Shown: positions 28,651-38,252, numbered from the stretch's first letter. The stretch is 64,000 nucleotides of DNA from an uncultured Candidatus Saccharibacteria bacterium (GCA_964473815.1 CAYYQK010000001.1:243845-307844), one strand, 5' to 3'. Numbers and translations: made by a program. Notes: generated by a model not told the origin, from the letters alone.

Positions 28651-30060
28651 ATGGCCACCACTGACAACAATTTGATAGATCGTTTGCCACCACAAAACCT
28701 CGAAGCAGAGACGGCGCTTTTGGGCTGTTTAATGCTCGACAAGGATGCCATCATTAAAGTGGCTGACCAAATTATTTCGGATGATTTCTACGACTACAGA
28801 CACCGACTTATTTACGAAGCAATTTTAGAATTATTCGAACGGAATGTTTCCATCGACGTTTTGACTTGTTCTAATCTGCTCGATGAAAAAGGCTTAACAG
28901 AAAAAGTTGGCGGTTCTTCATATTTAGCAAGTTTGGTTAATGCAGTGCCTTCGGCTGCGCACGCAACTTATTACGCTAGCATTGTGCGCAAAAAAGGAAC
29001 GCTTCGTCGCTTAATTCAATCGGCTTCCGAAATTACAAATTTAGCATTCACCGAAGAGGGTGAGATCGAAACTATTTTAGATAGCGCTGAACAAAAGCTC
29101 TACAATATTTCCCAAAAACATTTAAAGCAAAACTTTATTCCAATTAGCAGCGTGCTCCACGAAACTTTTGAGCGTATTGATTTGCTTCACCGCGATAAAG
29201 ATCAAGGCCGTTTGCGGGGTCTTCCAACTGGATTTTTCGATCTCGATAAAAAGCTCGGGGGTCTACAAAAATCTGACCTGATAATCTTGGCAGCACGTCC
29301 TTCCATGGGAAAAACTTCTTTGGCTTTGGACATTATGCGCTATGTTGCAGTGCACACTAAAACTCCTGTGGGCATCTTTTCACTGGAAATGAGTAAGGAC
29401 CAGTTGGTGGATCGTTTACTTTCTGCACAAACTGACATTGATTTTTGGAAAATCCGTACCGGCCAACTCGAAGACGACGATTTCGAACGTTTACAAGAAG
29501 GCATGGGTTTGCTCGCAGACTCACCTATTTATATTGATGATGCTGCCGGACTAAACATCATGGAAATTCGTACCAAGGCTCGTCGCCTGCAAGCAGAACA
29601 CAACCTAGGCCTAGTGATTGTCGACTATTTGCAGTTGATGGCAGGCCGCAACACTGACAACCGTGTGCAAGAAGTTTCCGAAATTTCTCGATCCCTTAAA
29701 ATTTTAGCTCGTGAATTAAACGTGCCGGTTTTAGCTTTGTCTCAGCTATCGCGTGGGGTTGAACAGCGCCCTGACAAATTGCCACAACTTTCGGACTTGC
29801 GTGAATCAGGTTCAATCGAGCAAGATGCTGACATCGTTATGTTTATTTACCGCGAAGATATGTACAAAGCCCCCGATCAAGCTGACACCGGTGTTGCTAA
29901 AATTTTGATTAAGAAACATCGTAACGGTCCGACTGGTGACATCGACTTGAACTTCGACGGCAGCAAGACTTCCTTCAGCAATCGAACTACTGCATTTGAT
30001 ACTTCACCACAAGCAGTGATGCAAACTTTGACCGCGCCTGACGCAACTGAAGAGATTTAA
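28651..30060 (+). CDS. dnaB: replicative DNA helicase
   Basis: AARPSMGKT, DYLQL, SQLSR, LRESGSIEQDAD. Confidence 0.98.
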   Translation: MATTDNNLIDRLPPQNLEAETALLGCLMLDKDAIIKVADQIISDDFYDYRHRLIYEAILELFERNVSIDVLTCSNLLDEKGLTEKVGGSSYLASLVNAVPSAAHATYYASIVRKKGTLRRLIQSASEITNLAFTEEGEIETILDSAEQKLYNISQKHLKQNFIPISSVLHETFERIDLLHRDKDQGRLRGLPTGFFDLDKKLGGLQKSDLIILAARPSMGKTSLALDIMRYVAVHTKTPVGIFSLEMSKDQLVDRLLSAQTDIDFWKIRTGQLEDDDFERLQEGMGLLADSPIYIDDAAGLNIMEIRTKARRLQAEHNLGLVIVDYLQLMAGRNTDNRVQEVSEISRSLKILARELNVPVLALSQLSRGVEQRPDKLPQLSDLRESGSIEQDADIVMFIYREDMYKAPDQADTGVAKILIKKHRNGPTGDIDLNFDGSKTSFSNRTTAFDTSPQAVMQTLTAPDATEEI

Positions 30061-30074
30061 TTTAAAATAAATTT

Positions 30075-30686
30075 GTGCTAAAACTCCCTTCCTCGCTCGA
30101 GCGAGTAATAAATGAATTTGGAAAACTTCCAGGCATTGGGCCAAAGACTGCCCAGCGCCTAGCTTTTTATTTGCTAAAAAAAGACTCGATAGAAATTAAT
30201 GGTTTGTCCGACGCTGTCCGCGGTTTAAAAACTGATATTACTTTTTGTTCACAGTGCCACAACATGGCCGAAAGCGACCCGTGCAGTATTTGCGCTGATC
30301 AAAACCGTGATCACACTTTAATCTGCGTTGTCGAAGAACCTCTTGATGCCTTAGCAATCGATAAAACTGGTCAATTTAAAGGCGTGTTCCATATTTTGGG
30401 TGGCGTTTTAAACCCAATGGAAGGTATTGGACCAGAAGCACTCAACATAGCATCTCTACAAAAACGAGTTATTGATTTAGGTGCAAAAGAAATTATTATT
30501 GCCACAAACCCCACCCTCGAAGGGGAAACTACTGCTATGCATATTTCTAAAGCACTTGGTGGCACGCAAGGTGAAAACGCCGTTCGCATCACCCGCATTG
30601 CGCGAGGCTTACCTATGGGCGGCGACTTGGAATACGCTGACGAAATAACTTTGTCGCGTGCACTCGAAGGCCGCAGAGATTTTTAA
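30075..30686 (+). CDS. recR: recombination mediator RecR
   Basis: LPGIGPKTAQR, C4 zinc finger, Toprim, EYADEITL. Confidence 0.97.
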   Translation: MLKLPSSLERVINEFGKLPGIGPKTAQRLAFYLLKKDSIEINGLSDAVRGLKTDITFCSQCHNMAESDPCSICADQNRDHTLICVVEEPLDALAIDKTGQFKGVFHILGGVLNPMEGIGPEALNIASLQKRVIDLGAKEIIIATNPTLEGETTAMHISKALGGTQGENAVRITRIARGLPMGGDLEYADEITLSRALEGRRDF

Positions 30687-30687
30687 A

Positions 30688-31764
30688 TTATTGCGGGGTC
30701 AATCTTGAAGTAACCACAACCGGGACTGTATTTCCACCGCGACTTACTTCGAAGGTCACTGTATCGCCCGGCGTAATGGCTAATAACAGACTTTGCAAAG
30801 AAGTATCATCTTCTAATTTTTTATTGTTAACAGATGTAATTATATCGCCTACTTGTAAACCAGCACTGGCTGCAGGACCACCTTTAACAACAGAAGTCAC
30901 TTGCGAACCTGCCACTAACTGAACCGCGCGAGCTTCTGGTGATGACAACTGTTTAAAGTTAAACCCAAAGCCCGGTCGTAATACTTGTTTATTATTTTTG
31001 AAAAAGTCGTTAGCAAATTGTTGGAGTGCCACGCTACTCGCAACCGCATTGCCATCCCACATACCTGCAAGCTTGCCATCTAAACTTATGACAGCCTGAC
31101 CAGGTGCTAAAGTTCCAACAGTTTGTATATTCAAAACGCGTTGATCGCGGTCGCTGTTAAATTCAGCACCGAAATAGTCGGTTGGATATGTTCGCAAATA
31201 ACTTTCTAAGAAAGTAGTCTTATTTGCAGCCATGGAATTCAAAACCATTAACATCTTTTGGCCAGGGCGAAGATCGCTCAACTGAACAGGTTCTACGGTA
31301 GAGCTATTGCGCGCATCAGTAGCGAGCATAACAAGGTTACTTGCAGTATCCTCGTACGAACTTTTTACAGGGAAAATATCGCCATTACTTAAGATGACAG
31401 CATAAGTTTTATTAGGAACTGCTAAAGCAGATTGAGAAGTAATGAAGTAACCATCAGCGGTCCAGTTTACAGCACCACCTGCCAAAACCACATGGGAATT
31501 AGCGCCGGAGCCATCGTAATATACAACTAAAGAAAGTTTAGATTTGATTGCATTGGTTGTTTCAATGGCATCGTTTGCATCACTAACCCGAACAGTTTCG
31601 CGGTTAGTCACCACGATAGGCGCGCGTGGGTTAAACAAATTCCAATTTCTCAATACCGGCAACGTACCTAACCGAGCTGACAAATAATTTCCGAACACTA
31701 TTAAAATCGCCAAGGCTAACACCACGGAAACGAATATGCTAATTAATAATTGCCATTTACGCAT
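30688..31764 (-). CDS. HtrA/DegP-like trypsin-PDZ protein, catalytic triad absent
   Basis: N-terminal TM, DGYFIT, C-terminal PDZ (GGPAASAGLQVGDII). Confidence 0.8.
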   Translation of the reverse strand: MRKWQLLISIFVSVVLALAILIVFGNYLSARLGTLPVLRNWNLFNPRAPIVVTNRETVRVSDANDAIETTNAIKSKLSLVVYYDGSGANSHVVLAGGAVNWTADGYFITSQSALAVPNKTYAVILSNGDIFPVKSSYEDTASNLVMLATDARNSSTVEPVQLSDLRPGQKMLMVLNSMAANKTTFLESYLRTYPTDYFGAEFNSDRDQRVLNIQTVGTLAPGQAVISLDGKLAGMWDGNAVASSVALQQFANDFFKNNKQVLRPGFGFNFKQLSSPEARAVQLVAGSQVTSVVKGGPAASAGLQVGDIITSVNNKKLEDDTSLQSLLLAITPGDTVTFEVSRGGNTVPVVVTSRLTPQ

Positions 31765-31779
31765 AAACAAAAAATAAAT

Positions 31780-32526
31780 TTAAGATTGGATGCTCCACGG
31801 TGTGGAAATCAACATTATCACAACCAAGACAACTGCAAAAAATAAATGAAACTGAATTTGCTTGCGTGTCAGTGTTCTATATAGATAATGATAGTAAATA
31901 ATCCACAACACGTACAGCACATTAAAGGTAAAGACTGCTAAGGCTGTGTAGTGTAATGGTAAAAAACTTACTCCCCAAAAAAATTCAGTTGTAAAAAGTG
32001 CTAAAGATAAAGCTGCCATCCACTTTACTAACGGTGCATGTGGAACGAATTCAAAAGTGGTTCGAACTAAAACAGCTACTGACAAAAATACAATTCCCAA
32101 ATAGATAACACCTGGCAAAATGAAGTAATAACTAAAGCCAAAAAGTGTTAATAACAACGCAGCTGAGGTTAACAAAAACTCATTCCAGCCCAATTGTTGG
32201 CCATTATTTCCTACCAAGCTTTCAAAGAAAAAAATTATTGGCAAACTAATTAGCAGAAACAGTCCGCGGCCAATTCCTGATGGCACTAAGAAATATAATC
32301 CAAACCATGCCAACAAGAAAAAAGGCAAACGCAACCACAACCACTTATTAAACTGATCTTTGCTGCGCATGTACCAATAGTTATAACCAGCTACACTGCC
32401 AACATAAATAGCGAATGCAGGAATCAAAAAACGAAACACTGGCATAGGTGCTGCAAATAATTGAGTTATCACCAAAAAACAAATGGCAACAACAGCGCTA
32501 ACGATTATGTGAATTCTGTTTGACAT
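31780..32526 (-). CDS. multi-pass membrane protein
   Basis: About eight TM segments; ATG at 32526. Confidence 0.7.
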   Translation of the reverse strand: MSNRIHIIVSAVVAICFLVITQLFAAPMPVFRFLIPAFAIYVGSVAGYNYWYMRSKDQFNKWLWLRLPFFLLAWFGLYFLVPSGIGRGLFLLISLPIIFFFESLVGNNGQQLGWNEFLLTSAALLLTLFGFSYYFILPGVIYLGIVFLSVAVLVRTTFEFVPHAPLVKWMAALSLALFTTEFFWGVSFLPLHYTALAVFTFNVLYVLWIIYYHYLYRTLTRKQIQFHLFFAVVLVVIMLISTPWSIQS

Positions 32527-33364
32527 ATAGAATAATTGCGAGGATTGCCAAGCCAAACGCGACAACTGCATTCATGCGAATTCCCGCATGAAAAACACTG
32601 TCCAAGCGTATAAACTCTAGGAAAAACCTCAGTCCATTATACAGGAATAACCATAGCAAGAAAAGGTGCCCAGTACGCGGATTTATACGGATCAAAATAA
32701 TGAAAATCACCAATGACCCCATCGCTTCATACAAAAATAATGGATGATAAAAAGAAACTTGTTCATATCCCGGCAATCTAAATTGCTCTGGCACGAACAT
32801 TTTCCAGGGTAAATTTGTCGGATACCCATAGAGCTCGTAATTAAAGAAGTTGCCGAAGCGGCCGATTGCTTGACCTAATACGACGGCCGGCGTTAACCAA
32901 TCAAGCAATTGTATTAAACTATATTTTTTAGAAAATTTTATGTAAGCGAGCAAACCGATAATGCCGCCAATACCTGCGCCAAAAATTCCCAGACCACCAT
33001 TCCACACAGCAATGATTTGCGCTGGGTGCTGCAAATAGTAACCGAATGATGAAACAACATGATACAGGCGCGCGCCAATAAACCCGCAGACAAGAACAAT
33101 AAAAATAATAGTGTCTAAATCCTCGCTTTTTATTTCGTACACTGGCGCGCGCCGAACACTCAACCAATATCCTAATAGTGCTGCTGCGCCTAAAATCAAA
33201 CCATAATATTGAATGTGTAACCCAAATAAATTTATATTGCGAGGCAAAATCAGAGACCCGCTAAAAATTGGTTCTAAAAATATAAACAAGACAAAAAAAC
33301 CGACTCCGCCAATGGCGAGGGCGGTTAATACAATCTTTAGCCAATTGTTGGGCTTCTCATCCAT
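32498..33364 (-). CDS. lgt: prolipoprotein diacylglyceryl transferase
   Basis: IGARLYHV, WNGGLGIFG, QAIGRFGNFFNYELYG, HPLFLYE. Confidence 0.95.
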   Translation of the reverse strand: MDEKPNNWLKIVLTALAIGGVGFFVLFIFLEPIFSGSLILPRNINLFGLHIQYYGLILGAAALLGYWLSVRRAPVYEIKSEDLDTIIFIVLVCGFIGARLYHVVSSFGYYLQHPAQIIAVWNGGLGIFGAGIGGIIGLLAYIKFSKKYSLIQLLDWLTPAVVLGQAIGRFGNFFNYELYGYPTNLPWKMFVPEQFRLPGYEQVSFYHPLFLYEAMGSLVIFIILIRINPRTGHLFLLWLFLYNGLRFFLEFIRLDSVFHAGIRMNAVVAFGLAILAIILYVKQNSHNR

Positions 33365-33378
33365 GTTTTATCTAAAAA

Positions 33379-33957
33379 TTAAAATAAAACTTCTTGGCGA
33401 AACACTCCCATGCGACCCACTGGTTCAGTGCAGGCCAATGGCAATTCGCGAACATTAAAGTAATCCCGATATAACAACTTTTGATTCTTTAATGCATAAT
33501 CGTAAACCTGTTTGGTTACGCGAACATCGTCTAGACAATATTTTTTTAGTAAATCCATGCGTCCGTTTCGGTAATACAACAATGCTTCCAAACCATTTCC
33601 GGACTTTCCACTCCCTAAAGTCCCTTGTGCTACGGATTCCAACTTTAATCTATGCCCTATCGCTTTTTCGATTTCTTCCAACAAATCGTAGTACGGCAAT
33701 GAATCAATGTTGAAATTCAGGTATGGCTGCAAAACGGCAAAATCAAAATTTTTAATATTAAAGCCAATGATTTGGTCAGCTGATTGCAAAATTGGGGCTA
33801 ATCGGGGTAATTCATGCTCTTCATAAATAGAATATTGGTCCGTGCTGTAATCATAAATTCCGCAAACCGAGATCTTAAGCAAATGGTTTTTGCCTCGACC
33901 GCCGACTTCTTCGAATGATTTTTGTGTTTCCAAATCTAAAACAATCTTTTTGAGCAT
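33379..33957 (-). CDS. RNase H-like exonuclease domain protein (YprB/RNase_H_2-like)
   Basis: DLETQ, GFN..FD, YCLDDV acidic motifs. Confidence 0.8.
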   Translation of the reverse strand: MLKKIVLDLETQKSFEEVGGRGKNHLLKISVCGIYDYSTDQYSIYEEHELPRLAPILQSADQIIGFNIKNFDFAVLQPYLNFNIDSLPYYDLLEEIEKAIGHRLKLESVAQGTLGSGKSGNGLEALLYYRNGRMDLLKKYCLDDVRVTKQVYDYALKNQKLLYRDYFNVRELPLACTEPVGRMGVFRQEVLF

Positions 33958-34127
33958 GATTTTTGTTTTTGTTTCTCCAGGTTTTAGTCTTTTCTTAATT
34001 ATAAACCAGTCCCGGATTTTTGTGAATTGTGGACAACACTTTGTGGCTTAAATATAAGAGATTTTATAATTTTCAGCTCCTGTGGATTATGCTATTGACA
34101 AGAGTTAGGATTTATTGTAATATGTCT

Positions 34128-34366
34128 TAGCTAAAGGTTTTCTCCCATGCTCATCGGGAGATTCTTGATCAAAGAATCTGAGCAGAGTTCTGGCAACGTG
34201 GACCGACCCCAAAATCGGTCCCCGCAATCATACAATCACATCCAGGAGGATGTACATCATAAATGATCGCTATTAAGCGATCGCAATGGCCCGCATGCGA
34301 AAGACAATGTACTTTCTCGAGACATACTTCGAAAAGACACTTTCTGTAGCGGGTCTTTTCTTTTTG
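34128..34366 (+). ncRNA. candidate structured RNA or small-ORF transcript (locus C)
   Basis: TTGACA(34095)-17-TAATAT; hairpins AGATTCTT/AAGAATCT, GGACCGA/TCGGTCC, ACATCC/GGATGT, GATCGCT/AGCGATC, GGCCCGC/GCGGGTC plus T-run. Confidence 0.5.
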
Positions 34367-34395
34367 CGCTTTTACCCGGCTTCTGATATAATTAT

Positions 34396-34533
34396 TTTAG
34401 CGTTGAAGCTTATAACACGGCTGAGCTTAACTAAATAGAACGAGGCTGCAACTCGCAGCAAAGTAAGGTGGCACCGCGCCCCCCTTAAGCGCCCTTACAA
34501 ACTACTCATCTTGGGTATTTTGTAAGGGTTTTT
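34396..34533 (+). promoter_or_regulatory. T-box riboswitch (compact, Asn specifier) upstream of aspS
   Basis: GTAAGG-TGGCACC-GCGC..GCGC-CCTTAC antiterminator (34463-34498), overlapping terminator CCCTTACAAA/TTTGTAAGGG plus T-run; K-turn stem with AAC loop. Confidence 0.88.
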
Positions 34534-34545
34534 AAGTACAAATAT

Positions 34546-36315
34546 ATGGAAAGAACACTGGCGAAAGATACGCCGCAACTAAAAAACAAAGAAATCCTAC
34601 TAAAAGGCTGGGTTAACAATTCCCGCGATCATGGTGGTTTGATCTTTATTGATCTTCGCGACCACACTGGTTTAGTACAACTAACGATACATCCTGAACA
34701 GGTTGAAGCTTTTAAAGTTGCCGAGACTGTGCGCGATGAATTTGTGTTGCAAGCCAAAGGAACCGTTATCCCTCGCGAACCAGGGTTAGTAAACAAAAAT
34801 ATTCCATCTGGTGAAATCGAAGTCATTGTTTCTGACCTGGTGGTTTTGAATAAATCTGATGTCTTGCCTTTCCCGGTTTCGCACGGCACTGAAGAAGTAA
34901 ATGAAGAGCTTCGGTTGAAGTATCGCTTTTTAGACTTACGCCGCCAAAAAATGCAGGATCGCTTAGTACGCCGCGACAAATTCAATATTGCGATCCGAGA
35001 CTACATGCACACGCATGATTTTACCGAAGTCACCACACCAATTTTAACTTCGTCTAGTCCAGAAGGTGCGCGCGACTATTTAGTACCGTCTCGTTTGCAT
35101 CCAGGACAATTTTACGCACTTCCACAAGCTCCACAACAGTTTAAACAATTGTTAATGGTTGGTGGGCTGCCTCGTTATTTCCAAATCGCGCCATGCTTCC
35201 GTGATGAAGATCCACGCGCAGATCGCCACCCGGGTGAGTTTTACCAACTCGATGTGGAAATGTCTTTTGTAGAAAATGGTGAAGATGTTCGCTCTACAAT
35301 TGAACCTCTAATTGTTTCTCTGGTAAAAGATTTTGCTGGCAAAGAATTGGTTTCAACTGCTGTGCCACGCATCCCTTATAGTGTTGCTATGGATAAATAC
35401 GGCTCGGATAAGCCTGATTTACGCTTTGGTATGGAAATGGTAGATCTCACCAAAGATTTAGAAAACACTGGGTTTAGTGTATTCTCTAGCGCGATTCAAA
35501 AGGGCGGCGTTGTGAAAGCAATTGCGGGACCAGGTGCGCACTTGTCTCGAAGCCAAATTGACGAACTTACTGAAATGGCCAAGCGCGACGGCGCTGGCGG
35601 CTTGGCTTACATCCAAATGACCGCAGAAGGCTCAAAGTCCCCTATCTTAAAATTCTTGGAAGCTGGTGAGTTGCTTGCCATTACATCTAAAACTGGTGCT
35701 AAGCAAGGCGACATTATTTTCTTTGGTGCCGATGAGCGTGCGATTGTAAACAAAGTTTTGGGTAACTTACGTTCGACTCTGGGCGATTGGTTCAACTTGA
35801 AAGATCCTTCTAAGGTTGCGCTCGTGTGGATTATTGACTTCCCTCTTTATGAATATGATGAAAAGGAAAAGAAAATTGATTTCTCACATAACCCTTTCTC
35901 TATGCCAGTTGGTGGCTTGAGCGCTTTTGAAAATTCTGAGCCTCTCGACATTAAAGCCGACCAATACGACATGGTAGCAAACGGTTACGAAATTTGCTCA
36001 GGTGCAATTCGTAACTTTAACCCAGATGTGATGTACAAAGCGTTTGGTTTGGTTGGTATTAGCTCGGCTGAAGTAGACGAAAAGTTTGGCGCGATGATTC
36101 GCGCATTCAAGTTCGGAGCACCGCCGCACGGTGGTTGTGCTTTTGGTCTTGATCGCCTATTTATGATTCTGGAAGATGAGCCAAACATTCGCGAAGTAAT
36201 GGCCTTTCCAAAAAACGGCTCTGCCATCGACTTGCTCATGAATGCACCATCAGAAGTTGATCCAAAACAACTTAAAGATTTGCATATTAAATTGGATATT
36301 ACTCCAAAAAATTAA
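34546..36315 (+). CDS. aspS: aspartyl-tRNA synthetase, probably non-discriminating (Asp/Asn)
   Basis: RDHGGLIFIDLRD, PEGARDY, LPQAPQQFKQ, GAPPHGG. Confidence 0.97.
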   Translation: MERTLAKDTPQLKNKEILLKGWVNNSRDHGGLIFIDLRDHTGLVQLTIHPEQVEAFKVAETVRDEFVLQAKGTVIPREPGLVNKNIPSGEIEVIVSDLVVLNKSDVLPFPVSHGTEEVNEELRLKYRFLDLRRQKMQDRLVRRDKFNIAIRDYMHTHDFTEVTTPILTSSSPEGARDYLVPSRLHPGQFYALPQAPQQFKQLLMVGGLPRYFQIAPCFRDEDPRADRHPGEFYQLDVEMSFVENGEDVRSTIEPLIVSLVKDFAGKELVSTAVPRIPYSVAMDKYGSDKPDLRFGMEMVDLTKDLENTGFSVFSSAIQKGGVVKAIAGPGAHLSRSQIDELTEMAKRDGAGGLAYIQMTAEGSKSPILKFLEAGELLAITSKTGAKQGDIIFFGADERAIVNKVLGNLRSTLGDWFNLKDPSKVALVWIIDFPLYEYDEKEKKIDFSHNPFSMPVGGLSAFENSEPLDIKADQYDMVANGYEICSGAIRNFNPDVMYKAFGLVGISSAEVDEKFGAMIRAFKFGAPPHGGCAFGLDRLFMILEDEPNIREVMAFPKNGSAIDLLMNAPSEVDPKQLKDLHIKLDITPKN

Positions 36316-36324
36316 TAAAAACCG

Positions 36325-36573
36325 ATGATTGAAAACGAAAATCAAAACCGAACCCCAAGCGTTGATAATCAGCCGCAGCCTAAAAATTACACGATCGAAA
36401 TAATAATTTTATCTGTGATCATCGGCGTATATTTCTTGCTCTGGCCTTTGCTTTTAACTTTTGGAAATAAAGATATATTATTATTGTTTTTACTACTTAT
36501 ACTGGGCACTCCGGTTGCAGCCGGTGCTTTCATAGTTCTGATAATTCTATTAGTGAGAAAAAGTTTAAAATAA
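36325..36573 (+). CDS. small two-TM membrane protein
   Basis: Hydrophobic ORF filling the aspS-scpA gap. Confidence 0.6.
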   Translation: MIENENQNRTPSVDNQPQPKNYTIEIIILSVIIGVYFLLWPLLLTFGNKDILLLFLLLILGTPVAAGAFIVLIILLVRKSLK

Positions 36574-36589
36574 TTGCAATCCAAAGATA

Positions 36590-37390
36590 GTGACACAAAT
36601 AAAAATACAACAATTTGAAGGTCCGCTGGATTTACTACTTAATCTGATAGAGCAACAACAGTTGGATATTACCCAAATTTCTCTGGCGCAAGTTACAGAG
36701 CAGTTTTTACAATATGTAAAACAGCTTGAGGAAAAAAATGCTACGCAGTTAGCCGACTACTTAAGTATTGCTGCAAAGCTTTTGGTTATAAAGTCAAAGG
36801 CGATTTTGCCGAGTCTCGAAGTTGAAACTGTCGAAGAGGAAGCAGAAGAAGATTTAGCTACGAAGTTGCTACGCTACAAACAGTTTAAAGAAGCAGCAAA
36901 ATACTTTAAAAACCTAGATTCCCGCGGTTTGCAAAGCTTTACACGCACTAGCGTGTTTTCCGAACGAGTGCATTTTTTCCCAGATCCTTCCATAGACGCC
37001 AGTCGTTTACGCAAAGCTGTGGACGCTGTTGTAAATTCCCTAAAAGAACTTGATAACTTACCGAAAGCAAAAATCCGTGAAGCCATTTCTATTCAGGAAA
37101 AAATCGAGAGTTTGCAAATGAAATTATCGAGTCAGATTGAGACAAAGCTAAGCGATCTACTGGCAACTGCGAAAAATAAAGAAGAAGTTATCATCACTTT
37201 TCTGGCCTTACTTGAGTTAATTAAACAGCGGATGTTTAGTGTTGAGCAAAATATGCTGTTTACAGATATAACTATAAAAAAGTATGAAGCATCAGTGGCA
37301 GATCCAGAGGAACCAGAAGTTGAAGAGGCTGAAGACGAGGAAGAAGATGACGACGAGGACGAGCAAGACGACGACGAAGATGAAGAGTAA
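36590..37390 (+). CDS. scpA: segregation and condensation protein A
   Basis: FEGPLDLLL, FLALLEL; acidic tail. Confidence 0.95.
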   Translation: MTQIKIQQFEGPLDLLLNLIEQQQLDITQISLAQVTEQFLQYVKQLEEKNATQLADYLSIAAKLLVIKSKAILPSLEVETVEEEAEEDLATKLLRYKQFKEAAKYFKNLDSRGLQSFTRTSVFSERVHFFPDPSIDASRLRKAVDAVVNSLKELDNLPKAKIREAISIQEKIESLQMKLSSQIETKLSDLLATAKNKEEVIITFLALLELIKQRMFSVEQNMLFTDITIKKYEASVADPEEPEVEEAEDEEEDDDEDEQDDDEDEE

Positions 37391-37410
37391 TTTAATGATA
37401 TAATTTAGCA

Positions 37411-38037
37411 ATGGACGATCTTATCAGCAAAGTTGAAAGTTTATTGTTCGTTTCGAACAAACCACTAACTTTAAAACAATTAGTTAAGTTTACCGAAGGC
37501 TCAGAAGCCGATGTCTCTGCGGCCCTAGAACAATTATCCACACTTCGAAACAATGGTGGCGTAGTGCTTTTAAACGCGCCCGATGGCTATCAGATGGCAA
37601 CAAATAGTGCTAACGCTGAAATAGTAAAAAACTTTTTGAATGCGGATTTGCGCGAATCATTAACTGAAGCCACCGTGGAAGTGCTGGCTATTATTGGTTA
37701 TCGCCAACCAATATCAAAAGCAGAAATCGAATCGATCCGCGGTGTGAACTCGCAATACTCTTTACGCGCTTTGTTAATGCGCGGCTTGATTGAAAAAATT
37801 CCAAATCCAAATGATGCCCGCGGTTCACTCTACCAAGTAACCACCGAATTCTTGCAACAAATGGGAATTACCTCTGTTGCCGACTTACCTGACTTTGCCG
37901 AACTCGTGAGCAAAATTCAATTGCCTGAACTAGCCGGCTTGAACGCCGAAGCCGCAGCCGAAGCTGCCTCGGAAACCCCGATCGACCAAGAATCGGCACA
38001 AGAAAAAGAAATCGGCGACGAAGCGCATCAGGAGTAA
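37411..38037 (+). CDS. scpB: segregation and condensation protein B
   Basis: ESLLFVS, EVLAIIGYRQPISKAEIESIRGV. Confidence 0.95.
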   Translation: MDDLISKVESLLFVSNKPLTLKQLVKFTEGSEADVSAALEQLSTLRNNGGVVLLNAPDGYQMATNSANAEIVKNFLNADLRESLTEATVEVLAIIGYRQPISKAEIESIRGVNSQYSLRALLMRGLIEKIPNPNDARGSLYQVTTEFLQQMGITSVADLPDFAELVSKIQLPELAGLNAEAAAEAASETPIDQESAQEKEIGDEAHQE

Positions 38038-38050
38038 ATAAAAACCACTG

Positions 38051-38173
38051 CTACTGTGGCAGTGGTCCGTAAGACTCTTTCGGGGAAGATGGCACTTCCC
38101 TATTTAATTTTACGTTTTGGCAACCGAGAGCAAGCAAAGCTAACACTGCGGCGGCAAATAATATTTTTTTCAT
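38051..38173 (-). CDS. 40-aa putative lipoprotein
   Basis: Manual translation MKKILFAAAVLALLALGCQNVKLNREVPSSPKESYGPLPQ with lipobox LALG-C; hairpin at stop; absent from ORF track. Confidence 0.65.
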   Translation of the reverse strand: MKKILFAAAVLALLALGCQNVKLNREVPSSPKESYGPLPQ

Positions 38174-38252
38174 GGTTAAAAATTGCTTTTCTTAAGTATG
38201 GCATATTTTCTTAGTTTTTGATAGAATATACAAAGTTTAACAACAAATTTTT

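Noticed and set aside
15726-30060. Inteins or introns in dnaE and dnaB
   Set aside because: Both are normal length with contiguous motifs.
33958-34095. Replication origin (near-DnaA boxes TGTGGACAA, TGTGGATTA; also a perfect box at 48822)
   Set aside because: Too few boxes, no cluster or clear unwinding element, and no dnaA nearby.
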